DNA of 64,000 nt, taken from positions 1 through 64,000 of the forward strand of contig JAUCBJ010003150.1 in the NCBI GenBank assembly GCA_032718475.1. Direction: 5' to 3'. The notes beneath the pieces are model-generated. The model was not told the DNA's origin and ran no database searches. It was given only the letters and a program-made list of their open reading frames with translations. Each line of letters starts with the position of its first letter. The stretch's first letter is position 1. The stretch is from Nemertoderma westbladi (Eukaryota; Animalia; Xenacoelomorpha). Positions 26,547-38,062 of the stretch are shown piece after piece. The translations under genes and the position numbers were made by a program.

Positions 26547-27097
26547 TCCCAGGGTATTTTGATGGTGCTGACATGGAAACTCCTGGCATTGCGGAATCAA
26601 CATACACCATTGTTTGGTGAAGATTCTCACGCAACCAGTGTAACTTCAAGTTGCAAGAACTATAACTTATGGATTATCATTTTAAGCGTGTAGGCCTAAT
26701 CTTGCATAATTCCATATCGATCCTTAAGTATGTTACGAAGCTTTAATTTATTACATAAAAAGGTAATCAATAATAATATAATAGCGATTATGATTAATAT
26801 AATAAAAATAATGATCATTTATTGATGTCAGTGTTTAAGATTCTTTTATTCTTCAAAAAAAAATTAATTAGGAACTGAGAGGTTATTGTACTTACTTAGA
26901 GAAATGCAGGCTGGCTGATAATTCAGCCATTACTGTACAAGTTAAAATTATTCGCTGATAAATCTAACATATCTTAGTTACCAGGTCTATGGTGGCCCAT
27001 TAGAGCCACTACATTTTATTTATTAATTTTTGCATGAATTAAATTTCATTTAATTTAATGTTAATATTTAAATCAAGTACAATTTAAAAAAACATTA

Positions 27098-27247
27098 AAT
27101 TTACTTTCACTTTCGTTTCCAATTAGTTTTACTTTCACTTTCGTTTTAATTTTAGTTTTACTTTCTCTTTCGTTTTAATTTTAGTTTTACATTCACTTTC
27201 GATTTCATTTTAGTTTTAATTTAACTTTACTTTAACTTTCGTTTTCA
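27098..27247. repeat. Degenerate ~27-bp T-rich tandem repeat
   Basis: Repeated tttactttcactttcgttttaattttag-like units, about 5 copies. Confidence 0.7.
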
Positions 27248-27431
27248 TATCATTACAGTCACCCTATTAGCCAAGGATACGGCGGCCACCTTTTACCCTT
27301 ACAATCAATTGCAGGCTGTGGCTCCAATGGGCTTGCCGCAAAAGCTTTAACACTGCTCCCAGAAAATGGGATTAAAGTCTATAAAATATACATAGAGTCA
27401 TAGTTTCTAACAAATTTAGTACTCTAAACAA

Positions 27432-29055
27432 TCAATCCTTCATTCTAGAATGATGTTTACGGAGTTTTTTAAACCTTTGTGTAGTCTTTTTCTTCCCTGC
27501 GCAAGCCACTTTACTAGGAGGGCTATAACTCCTGGGGGAAGGGTGCAATACAATTGCATTGGAAGGGTTTGGATTTCGGTCGGTGTATCCGCCAGTCGAG
27601 GAACCTGGTTGATCAATATCTATAGGAGGTTCACTTCTCTCCTTTGATTGAGCTGCGATATCGATACATTTATCAGAGGACCAAAGGGATCGAGGGCGCA
27701 CAACCTTTAAGGCCCATCTCAGGACAGCAGCTTGTACCAGTCCCGCCTCAGTCGTTTGTACAACCACCGTAGGTAGACCGTAAGTAGTGAGGAATTTTTG
27801 GGGTTTAACAGTTCTTTCCAACTCCCGTTCCCTCACCTTGTACTCATAAGGATGTCAGTGGACTTCTTGTAACTCAGGGTACGCATTTATAAACGTCTCA
27901 CCGTATTCTAGGTCTCGGCTAATGAAGCCAATCAAATTATAATAATCAATATTATTGGGATTAATATTTCTCAAATATTTCCGGATGTATTTGGTGGAAA
28001 TACACTCACCAATGCGTTTTATTAATTCATAGCTGGGAATACGAGTTTTTTGTTCTATTTGGGGAAGAGATATGGGTGAAATGCATACACTCCTTCGTAA
28101 GCGCGTCCTGGATAATACCAATGGCGCGACTCGCAGTTTAGATCTGCCCTGGCTTCCCAAGCTCGTATGTATCGAAATATAATTAACTTGTCTACACTTT
28201 CGATGTCTTGGCTAAAGGGGCAATCCCAACTAGCGTGTCCATTTAGTTGACAGTAATGACATTGTGTCATAAACTGACGACAGACAACGAATATATGCTT
28301 ATTATTAATAAATAAGCACAATAAATCTCCATTAAGGGTTGGTCTTTGAAATAATTACAAAGTTCATTAGAGTCTAAGGGGGTGATGTGATCACGAGAGG
28401 CGCATAATCGGCAGCACTTCCGAGAAATATAGCTGGCGTGTCTATAATCATAAGCTGTAAGATATTGAGGGCCTTGATACCACTCCAGCGTGTGATCATC
28501 GTCATTGCTCCTAGGAGTCGTTGATTGAATTTCACCTGCCTCCAAACAGAGAGGTTCCTCTTTGGTCTGTAGGATTTCCACAGATGTAGTCATTCTTTTC
28601 GAAGAATCTACAGTTTGGATTTCCATAACAGAATATCCCAAAAGGATTTAGGGTCTCTGCAGAACGGCAGAATGCATATTTTGATTGCAGACGTCTTTAA
28701 AGATAGCGAATCCAGCACTATCTAGTTTCTCAATGGCAGAGTCTTGCAGGCTGAGTTTGGTCAGTGAGCGATCTTTAAACTGACTATCAATGTTCCGAAA
28801 CAGAGTCAGAAAGCACCTGAAACATTCAAATCGGATGAATTTGTTATGTTCATCTAACTTAGTGAGTTTAGTTCCCAGGATAAGGGGATGGGAAAGTATG
28901 GTTTGACTGCATACATTGGCTAACCGTCCGGAAAGTGCTGTATTTTCGAATATGGTGTAGATGGCCAGGGAAGTATGGAGGGGAACGCCCATAAAACTAT
29001 AAACCGCTCCAGGAGCTGTCAATGGGTATACTGATGATACCAGTAGTGATAACAA
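27432..29055 (-). pseudogene. Disrupted unknown ORF (X2) with a CCHC zinc knuckle, 3' of BEL/Pao pol
   Basis: Five minus-strand ORF pieces join through 2 in-frame stops and 2 frameshifts into about 540 codons. Contains CHYCQLNGHASWDC (C-x2-C-x4-H-x4-C) and CRLCASRDH, and ends in a basic tail (GKKKTTQRFKKLRK). Confidence 0.5.
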
Positions 29056-29537
29056 CGAAGCCTTTTAACCGGACGATGAGTAAGTCGGTTGATTGGTCGA
29101 TCTTTTTCCTTCAAAGCTTCAAGTGCGATGAGTAGAGAAGATAGTATCAATAGGTAGTATCAATAAGATACTATGATGGTGCTTTCTCCTTCAATGCACC
29201 GCTTGCTCCGGTTGTGATGGGTAGAGAAAGAGGATAATGGAAGATGTGGCGTGGTAGTATCAAGAAGATACTATGATGGATGGATCTTTCTTCCTTTTGC
29301 AACATTTATCCTTCCTTCAGAATTATAGCAACCATGGTCACAATGGTTGGAGGAAGACGATGAGGTAAGAGGAAGTTACAGCTTCCAAAAGGAGACCGCC
29401 TGCGAGCACCCGCGCCCCGGGGAAAACTGTATACATTTATTACTTTCCTTATTGTGACATGTTTCTCCACTAGCTGATTCTATTACTCCACTGAGCTCTT
29501 CCTGTCTCTAAAACTGGTCGCCCAAGTATGTCCACGT

Positions 29538-30430
29538 TCAATATCCCTTTCCAGGTCTTCGATTTCTCGATCTACCTGAGGTAAAGACAGACAGCTCTCT
29601 CACAGCTTGTACCTGTTGATGTAATTTATGTTTATCTAAGACATCATTGGTTCCCTTTCCAATCTTTTGACGGATCGCTTCAAGTGCATTACGTACTACG
29701 CTTTCTACCACTTCAGTGACAGGTTGGATTGGCATCAAACCAGACTGATTATATGGGTTGAATGGGGAAATCATATGTCCTTGTCCCAATCTGGCTAGGT
29801 ATGTAGGGCGAATATCCAAGGAACCAACAGCCGGAACACCACCGATTAGTTGATCGGATAAAACCAGATCTTTTAACAACGAGTATAACTCAGGAGGATT
29901 ACTTATACTCTTAGTATCGAGAGTTTGTGGTTGCACCGATTGATGAGGAGGTCTGACCGAGTATTCCGGAACACTGATCATAGGTTTACTTAAGGAACGT
30001 TTGAGTCAAGCGAACATGGGTTGCATGTCGAACAAATTTCTCTCAAAACTCCGTAATCGTGAAACTATGTTTAGCGCAACGTCTCCGCGGGTGCATATAG
30101 CCTTCCATTTGTTGATTAGGTCTAGGGCATTCGTCACAATAATACCAAAGATGCACATGTTGTAGTTGAAACGCTGGTGACCTTTCTACCATTTTACAGT
30201 ATTCTTACATCTGTTTGAAGCTGTCCGGTACAACAGGTAGCGGTTGATTCACTGTAAGGTACATCATAGTAAAATATAATCGTTTAAGTTCGATCATAGG
30301 GTCAGGATGTTTACCTTGCAGATATCGAGTTTCAAAGTTTTGTTGACTAGCTACATTGCGGTAAGCTTCGAGCAGGAACTCGTAAAAGTTCATGCATTTG
30401 TCTGGTCCTTCGACATCTTCCCTTCCTTAT
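29538..30430 (-). pseudogene. Disrupted unknown ORF (X1), 3' of BEL/Pao RNase H
   Basis: ORFs 30205-30393 and 29538-29981 share one frame separated by only two stops (about 300 codons in total). Includes YYCDECPRP...YMHPRRRCAKH. No integrase HHCC or DDE motif seen. Confidence 0.45.
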
Positions 30431-30543
30431 TATTGTCACAGGCCGTATGCAGTACCGACAGATCTATCACAGGTTTGAACAGTTTATATTTACTCGTCCG
30501 GGTTTTTGGTTTAATGGTCTCCGTTCCCTTGGCTTGTCTGTTC

Positions 30544-32870
30544 TCAGCCGTAATAAGATATGGGGGGGGGGGGGGGGGGGCATTCCTCCTCCTGTTTACT
30601 TAAAAATTCCGGGCCACCTAACAAATCGGGAGTATCCAACATTTCGTTAGGTTTAGCTCCTCTGGAGGCGATGTCGGCTGGATTAATGGTTCCAGGGCAA
30701 TGTCTCCATTGGTCTATATTAGTGCGACTAAGTATAATAGCTACTCGGTTAGTGACAAAGACGCTGAACTGGCAGACTTCGTTAGTAAGATATTCTAGAA
30801 CGAGTAATGCATCTGTCCAATAAACAGTTTTATCCAACGGATATTCAATCTGTTCAGTAATATTCCTGCCGATGGTGGTAGTGTATAATGCCGCTTTTAA
30901 CTCTGCTCTAGGGACTCATAGTTTGTTGTTTATCAAAGCCTTTGAGGCGGCCAATGACACTTTAATTCCGTTGGTTACTTCTTTTAATTACATTGATATG
31001 AATAAGTGGGGAGAACATTACCGAAATAAGAGCGGGAAATCTTAAAGTCCTCAAAAGCTGTTAAAGAGTCTTCCCACTTCATCCACTTCTTTAACAGTTC
31101 TCCCTTAAGTGGATCATCCCAAGAGTGGTTTTCGAGCCATATTTGTTAACTAGACTCCGAGCAACTAGAATTACAGGACTAATAAATCCCAACAGATCGA
31201 AATAAGTGCGCAGAATACTCAGGCAAATCCTCTTAGTTCGAACAGGATTATCGTGTTGTTTTAATTGGAAGAATAAAATATCCCTCTCTGTATCCCACTT
31301 TAATCCGAGGGTTTTTGTTTCTGGAAGGTTGTCTTTAATGAGGTCGAGATCTTTAGCACCTTGCTCTTCTTCTGGGATCGCCTCCAGAACATAACTGGAG
31401 TTGCTGGTGAATTTAGGTAACTGGAATCCACTGTGTTGAAAACACTCTACCATTCCCTTAGCAACCTCGATTGCTTCTTCCACCGTGGGTAGGGATTTGA
31501 GGTTGTCGTCCATATATATGTCCCATTTGATATTATCAATGACCACTTTGGGGAAGGTGTTTCGATTTTCGTCAGCAGTGGTACGCACTACCAAGCAAGC
31601 ATTAGATAGACTAGAGATAATGCCGAAGGCCTGGATGGCCATCCAGTACTCTACCGATTCTTTATCGAAGTCTCCTTCCGGTCACCACAAGAACCGTAAG
31701 CTATCTCGGTCTCATTGCAATGCTTTGACTTGTAGAAACATGCCTTCAATGTCTGAGGCAAAGGCGATGGAGTATTGCCGGAGTCATAATAATATTCCCA
31801 ATAGCGATTGTAGTAAGTTGGGTCCCAGCAACAACTCCGAGTTCAGGGACTGTCCTTTATAAAAGGCGGAGCGAGCCATCAAACACCACCCAGACTTCGT
31901 TGGATTTACCAGGTTTGGGAATGTAGTGGTGAGTTAAATAATACATTCTCTCCATTATGGGTGTTTCTATCAGAACTCGCTCAGAGTATCCCTTATCAAT
32001 GAACTTCTTCAATTGGGTCTTGTACATTTCCTTAGCTTTATTGTTCGAAGATAAGCGTTGGTGAAGTTGCTCTATTATTTTGATAGCTAATGGTCGATTA
32101 TTGAAGAAGCTGGGCTCTCGTTTCCGGAAAGGTAAACCTATCTCATAACGACCCCCCTCCTTGAGATAACGAGTAGTCATCACTTGGATTTGTTTAGCTC
32201 TCTCTCCTCCTCTGCAGATAGAGTTTTATCATAAGAGTTAGTTTCTACAGCTTCTTGTGTAAAGAATCGTACTGCATGTTCATCTCTCAGTTTAGAATTA
32301 TATCACTCCACTACCTCGTTTAGCTCGTCATCCTCATAAGCTAACAACTCATTGTTCTGTTGTATTAGATGACACAATTCGGTTTGGTTAATCCAGGCTT
32401 GATTCTCAGTCAGAGTAGGAGTATAGAGTTGAGTAGGTCTCTTCTCTAAAGTTTCTAGCACCGCATGCACATTCTGGCCAAGTAGCATCTGGACTTCAGT
32501 ATAGTCTGTCTTAAATCTGGGAACTTTATACTATTGTGCAAAGCTGTCCTCATCCCAGTTATAAGGTTCTACTTGACTGGCCGCAAAGTTCTTAATAGCT
32601 ACCATAATAATACACTTTATACTATCTTCAACTGGTTTATCTTGTAGGGTTGAAGATAGTGATCCCACGTAGAAGTCTGTCTGTATAGTGCATTTCCATA
32701 CCTGCATAATTCCAGTGAGCTTGGTTTGGAATTTCTCCTGGCCTGCAAATATGTCCTCGGCTAAATCTTTGTATATAAAGGTGCCTGTACTACCTGAATC
32801 AAGGAGGGCATTAATAATTAAACTCTTACCTTGTCCACATATCCTGAGCTACACCAAGGGAAACTCTCAT
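30544..32870 (-). pseudogene. BEL/Pao pol remnant (aspartic protease, reverse transcriptase, RNase H)
   Basis: LDSGS, GRYEIGLPF, YYLTHH...VVFDGS, LLGPNLL, SDIEGMFLQV, YMDD, LGLKWD, WTDA and NPADIASRG motifs in the expected order, broken by frameshifts. Confidence 0.9.
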
Positions 32871-33109
32871 ATGCCGATAGATGGTTGAGAGACCTTCCAC
32901 GAGAGATGTCTATCTGGAATGGATGGTTTGATTTCCTCTCCATCGGTTATCGCCTCATGGGTTTGGGCTCAATATATGGCCTCGTTGATCATGTAACAGG
33001 ATTCATTCTTATCGGAAAACTCATCCGTATAGAATCCCTCTATCTCCGAACTCTGGTCTGTGTCATTCACACCACTGAATTGGACGTGCAGTTCTGGTTC
33101 ACTCACCTT

Positions 33110-34750
33110 GTCGAACTCGCTGTGTAGTAACGATTAGTGTTTAGCCCCACACTTAGCACACTTAACGTCTAAATAGCACGTCTTCCTCTGATGTCCTCTC
33201 CTCAAACAATTGTAACATAACCAGAAGTTCGCCCATCTCCCACCGCCCTTCCTCCATCCACTCTACCACTGGTGCGGGAGTCGCCAACGGAGTGGCTGTC
33301 TCTAGTGGATGGCCCATCGGTGCGACGAGGGACATTCCCAGTCCAAATGATTTGCGCTCTCCTAGTTTAACGCCAATCTTGGATTCTAGGATTTGACTAC
33401 TTGTTAAGGGAGGATGGGTACTTTCTAAAGGAAATCTAGAATCAGGTTCTATCAGTAAAGGAGTCTCCACTATTGGAGTAGACTTAACAACAGGCCTAAT
33501 TATTTCAGGCTCGCCTAAGATGGTGGGAAGCCTATCAGATTGAACTACCTGGATTATTAACTCTCCAGACTTCAAATCCATGCTAGCCAACTCTCTTCTC
33601 ACTGGGACCGGGGGGGGGGGGGGCAAGTTAGGAGACTTGCGTCCTATGGGAGCTTGTCTACGTCCATTCGAATTGGATTTGTAACTCCTACATTCTGATT
33701 CTGTCATAGTACCTTCATCCGTGGAGGTAATAAATCCATGTCTTTTAGGAGTTGATCGACTTCTGATTTGCATCTGAGCTGCTTCTCTTTGTTTACTCAG
33801 TAGGTCTTGTCTCACTTGGATAGTTTCTAATTCTAGTTGGGCTAACGCTTCTGTGGCCTTTGTTTCCCTTTGGGCTTTGGCTTCAACTGCCATTCTTTCG
33901 GCTTCAGCTGCTGCAGCCTTTCTTTCTAAGTTCTGATTGGCTGCTTCACTACGTGCGTATAGTCCAGCTAGACGTCTTCTTAACTCTTGATCTCCTATGA
34001 ATTGTTGGTAATCTGACAAATAGGTGCTTCGGCAGGATAGGAAAAAACAGTGTCAGTGGATTCCCCGTAAACAAGTTGATCCACCAACTGCGCTTTCCAA
34101 GTGGTCGTTCCCTGAACTCGATCTCCCACTCGTTGAAACCAAGTTTTCACTGCCACCTGCAGCGAGGTATCTTGACTCCTCTTCGAGGCTTCAATGAATG
34201 CTGACAGAATTAATCTAATCCGTAGGATTTGTTCCCTCACTTGATACAAAAGCTGTCCATGTTCCTGAGGTTCTAACTGTCCTCTGAATAGTTGAGTTTC
34301 CAATCTCCCCAAGGAGTTAAAGAATACCCTGGACATATCCAGCTGCTGACCTCTTCCACACAGCAGGATCTCGGGTGTATCTAACCACGCCCAGCTGATG
34401 TAGGTCTTCCCAGGAAACCTCAGTTCTCCCATTCCTTGACCGACCTCGGAGGGTGTTAATTCCTCGGTGATGGAGCTACGATCACTAGCTTGATTCGTGA
34501 TTGTATCGTTTTCAGTTCGACCTTGCTGTTCTGCAGCAGCCGCCTGATCTCGTTTCACCTGGGCCCTAGTTCATATAATGGACCTATGGTGTTCTACTAA
34601 CTTAGGTTCTGTTATAGCTATCTCAGGAATAGCTTTTCTTACGGTAGGTGGTTTCCTAGACCTCACTCGGGTCTTGACTAGACTGCTATCTGGTTCACAG
34701 ACTGTCTGTTCTAAGATGCTATCTGACAGTGTCGGTTTAGGATCAGACAT
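33110..34750 (-). pseudogene. BEL/Pao gag remnant
   Basis: Long coiled-coil/low-complexity ORFs (33995-34558, 33162-34019) followed by the BEL-type Cys/His knuckle cluster. The capsid-like segment appears deleted near 33240. Confidence 0.75.
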
Positions 34751-34785
34751 ATTTTCTAGATCGTAACTAGATGTCTATTACTATA

Positions 34786-35336
34786 ACACGAAGTGGGGAC
34801 TTCGCGCAGCACGAAGTTGGCGAAGCCTTAGCGAATTGACACTGTTAGGGGGTGGGTCAATTTATGAAAATAGTTGTCGTCGTTAGTTGTTTTCACTTTC
34901 AGACCTTTGGCCCTCTAGCGGCAGACTGGAGAACTGCAGATGGATTCGCCTCCTTTGAAAGTCACAGCTAATGGTCTAATACATATCTGCCAAGTTTCAG
35001 CTTAAACGGATTAAAAGCAAAGAAATGGGAGGGCATTTAATGTTTAGACATGTGGCCCTCTAGCGGGAGACCATTGCACTGATGGTGTCTGAAAGTCTCT
35101 CAAAAATCTCAACTTTTGCTCATATTGATACCTACAAATTTTCAACTTGGCAGCTTTAAATCCGACAAAGTTATTAGCATGTCAAAATCGTAACGACGAC
35201 GACGACGACAACGACGACGACGACAACGACGACGACGACGACAACGACGACGACGACAACTATTTGCATAAATTGACCCACCCCCTAACAGTGTCAATTC
35301 GCTAAGGCTCCGCCAACTTCGTGGCTCGCCCCACAA
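34786..35336 (-). mobile_element. Non-autonomous HINE/DINE-1-like or fold-back element inserted in the BEL/Pao leader
   Basis: About 74-bp inverted repeats (34810-34883 / 35251-35323), a (CGA)n microsatellite at 35193-35259, a terminal hairpin cgaagt-gggg-acttcg (~34789-34804), and AA/TT flanks. Confidence 0.65.
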
Positions 35337-38062
35337 CAGATAACAGTAAGTCCAATAACCAGTATCAAGTGTCAGTCCTATAGTTACTAATTATTGCTAC
35401 TCTATATAATATGGATAGTAGCAATTATTTAATACCAGTATACACTATATATAGTATATATAACAGTATTACAGAAGACTGATATAAATCACTGAGTACC
35501 AGTATACCAGTATATGTGTCCAGCCTAAATTATATAAATATATAATAAGCTTACTGTAGGTACCGGTATTACCAATAATTCAATGATAGCTGATTATATC
35601 AGATTATAGGAATTATTTTCTTTGCTATATGCTGAAGTTAAGCAATAGGCTTAGCAAATATAAAGATCTAAAGGGTGTATAACAGGCCTACGAGCTTATA
35701 AATCTGATTAAATTGAATTGATAATATAAGATATATATATATACCCGTAGTGGGTTTAATCAATATTGAAATAGATGTTATTATTTCTAAGTTCAAAAGT
35801 CACAATACTGATGGTTAACACTCCTAAAGGAGAGTTACTAGACACTAAATACGAATATTTCTACTGACTAAGTTACTTATCACTACTAAATTACTTAAGT
35901 ATATACGATGGGTTGATATTACACAATCTCTAAATAAACAATAAACAAAAGTTACACAAACAATTTTAAGGGTAATTTTACAACACTGTGTGTACTGTAG
36001 AATTTTGAAACCAATAAAGTAGCATCCAATAATTCGCGTTGTCCAGATAAGGAAATGCCACCGTCTGACGTTTTATAGTCTACAATATAAACAAACGTAC
36101 CCGGAGTGTCCTATACCTAGAAGTTAATTATCGTAGCCTAACCTAACGGACCTATTAACCACTTTACAACACAAAAATACTGCGTACACACTAAATTAAA
36201 TTTCAGGAAAGTGTTGTACTCTAAACCCTAGATTAGATACTAGTACTTAGACAACATATAACTCGCAGTTAAATATACTTGAACAGCTAAAAGAACAACA
36301 GCATCTGCCGGAGTGACCAGAGTATTTAGTCTTATTCATGTAATGATGAATGTATGTAATGATGACAGTATGAATGTAATTCATACTGTAATTCACCTCA
36401 AACCCAACGACAATCAGACAACAATTTAGCCTACGAGTTACTTCTACAATCTGAGCAGGATTACACAGGGTACACACCTTCTGCTCAATACTACACTTAC
36501 ACATAAACAAAGCTGACAGAAATATGTAAACCATAAATGAAATAAGGGGTGTACTGTACAGGCCCTAGTCTCTTAACCCGCCAAAGACCGTTTGATTCAG
36601 GTTACACCCAGGACCGTTTGGGTCAAATTGACCCACGGTATATTATTGATAATATTATCAATCAAAATGACCAACAGTGAGGTTTTATCAGTGTGGAAAC
36701 TTATTTGCGACTTACGGGCAAGTTACTTAGGCTATTTACATCCGATTTGTTTCAATAACGAGCGTAGCGAGTGACACAACGAAACGAGGGTTTCTCATTT
36801 TGTTCATATATGAACTGTACATAGAAATGTTGACAACTCCACCTGAACAAGCGTGTGTATCAATATGAGTTTCATAATATCATTCTACATGAAACTCTAC
36901 ATGGAACGTTTACATGAAACTGGGATTGATTAACGAGCGAAGCGAGTGACACAAAAACCGAGTCCACTTTAATTGAATAATTATTCGCAAACAATGGGAA
37001 AACATTTGAGTGGCGCTGATTAAAGGCTAAACAACTGCGACAAATGATAATCTCTGATAGCACCTTACTCTTACTATCACCCATCTGATATACATTTACA
37101 TATACTTGTATAGAAGAATTCTAGAGATAATCTTATTTGTTTCCCAAATAAATAGTGAAGTAAATATATCATAAATATGTTACTACTAAAGCTACGGGAC
37201 CTAAACACTACAGGACCTACTGCTACCGACCTAACTCAGTAACTGCCTAAAGTATACCGATTTGGACCTATTTATTATTGAGAGGTAAGCAGAAGGGAAC
37301 ATTAGTAACAATTGCTTGGCTCAAATTACAGTGGTCTGTATGATATTTATGCTGTTTCATAACCCCAACGTAAACGAGCTAAATTTCTCCTTATACATGA
37401 GTAAAATTGGTAACAGTCGGCAAATTAACGTGTTTCCTTATTATTGTCAGTGAAGTGAGTGCGAGTGAATAATTCTACATTCCTAAAGAATATAAATCAT
37501 AATGCTCTATAAACAACCGTTGTAATTATTGTAAGTCATAGCTCTGTCTGATATTTAAAGCGCAGCATCTGAAAGGAACTGTTGAGATTACCCTGAAAGT
37601 AAACATAGTTTTTGGAGATTATGTAGTAGAGATCAATCGAATAATACAAAGTAACCTACACCCACTCACGCCGATAGAATTCAGTCTCCCACACACTATG
37701 GGTCATACGCCGCGCAAGACTTTCTTCTACTGTGGTCAGATTTTGTACGGGCTAGCAGACAATATAAACACGTAAATTAACAGGTTAAACTGTTAAAGGT
37801 CTAAAAGCGCGAACAATTATTAAATTACCCCAATGACTATAAACATTTACTTAAAATCTATGTTAAAGAATTATCTGATGATCCTCAGTTTCTTTCCTAA
37901 TGAAACAGGCAATTAAGGATGAACTGGACGCTGTATTTGTGAGGCTACAGGTTGTGAGGCTAGGGTTGTGAGTTATGGGACATCACAGAGAGTCGTGATA
38001 GGTCTGTAGAGGTAGCCTGCGAGTTGTCCAACTCTTGCTTTGAAATTTCTCGGATAGGACAG

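Larger units (their letters stand above)
27432..34750 (-). mobile_element. Decayed BEL/Pao LTR retrotransposon (gag-PR-RT-RH, integrase missing, extra 3' coding-like region); LTRs not identified
   Basis: Minus-strand order: Gag N-terminus (ATG 34750), BEL-type knuckles CYNCLRRGHQRKTC...CAKCGAKH*SLLH (~33120-33220), protease ALLDSGSTGTFI (~32775-32810), RT with YMDD (~31505), LGLKWD, then RNase H WTDA...FVTNRV...WRHCPGTINPADIASRG. Many stops and frameshifts. Whether 27432-30540 belongs to the element is inferred. Confidence 0.85.

Noticed and set aside
8545-26693. Many short MDRSSPRPFSSH-type ORFs
   Set aside because: Translations of the 50-bp satellite; the period is not a multiple of 3 and there are no domain motifs.
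26731-27013. Candidate 3' LTR (TGT...ACA) of the BEL/Pao element
   Set aside because: No second copy found upstream of gag and no convincing polypurine tract.
36304-36320. Candidate primer-binding site TGGTCACTCCGGCAG (minus strand)
   Set aside because: Not preceded by an LTR-ending CA, and I cannot match it to a specific tRNA 3' end.
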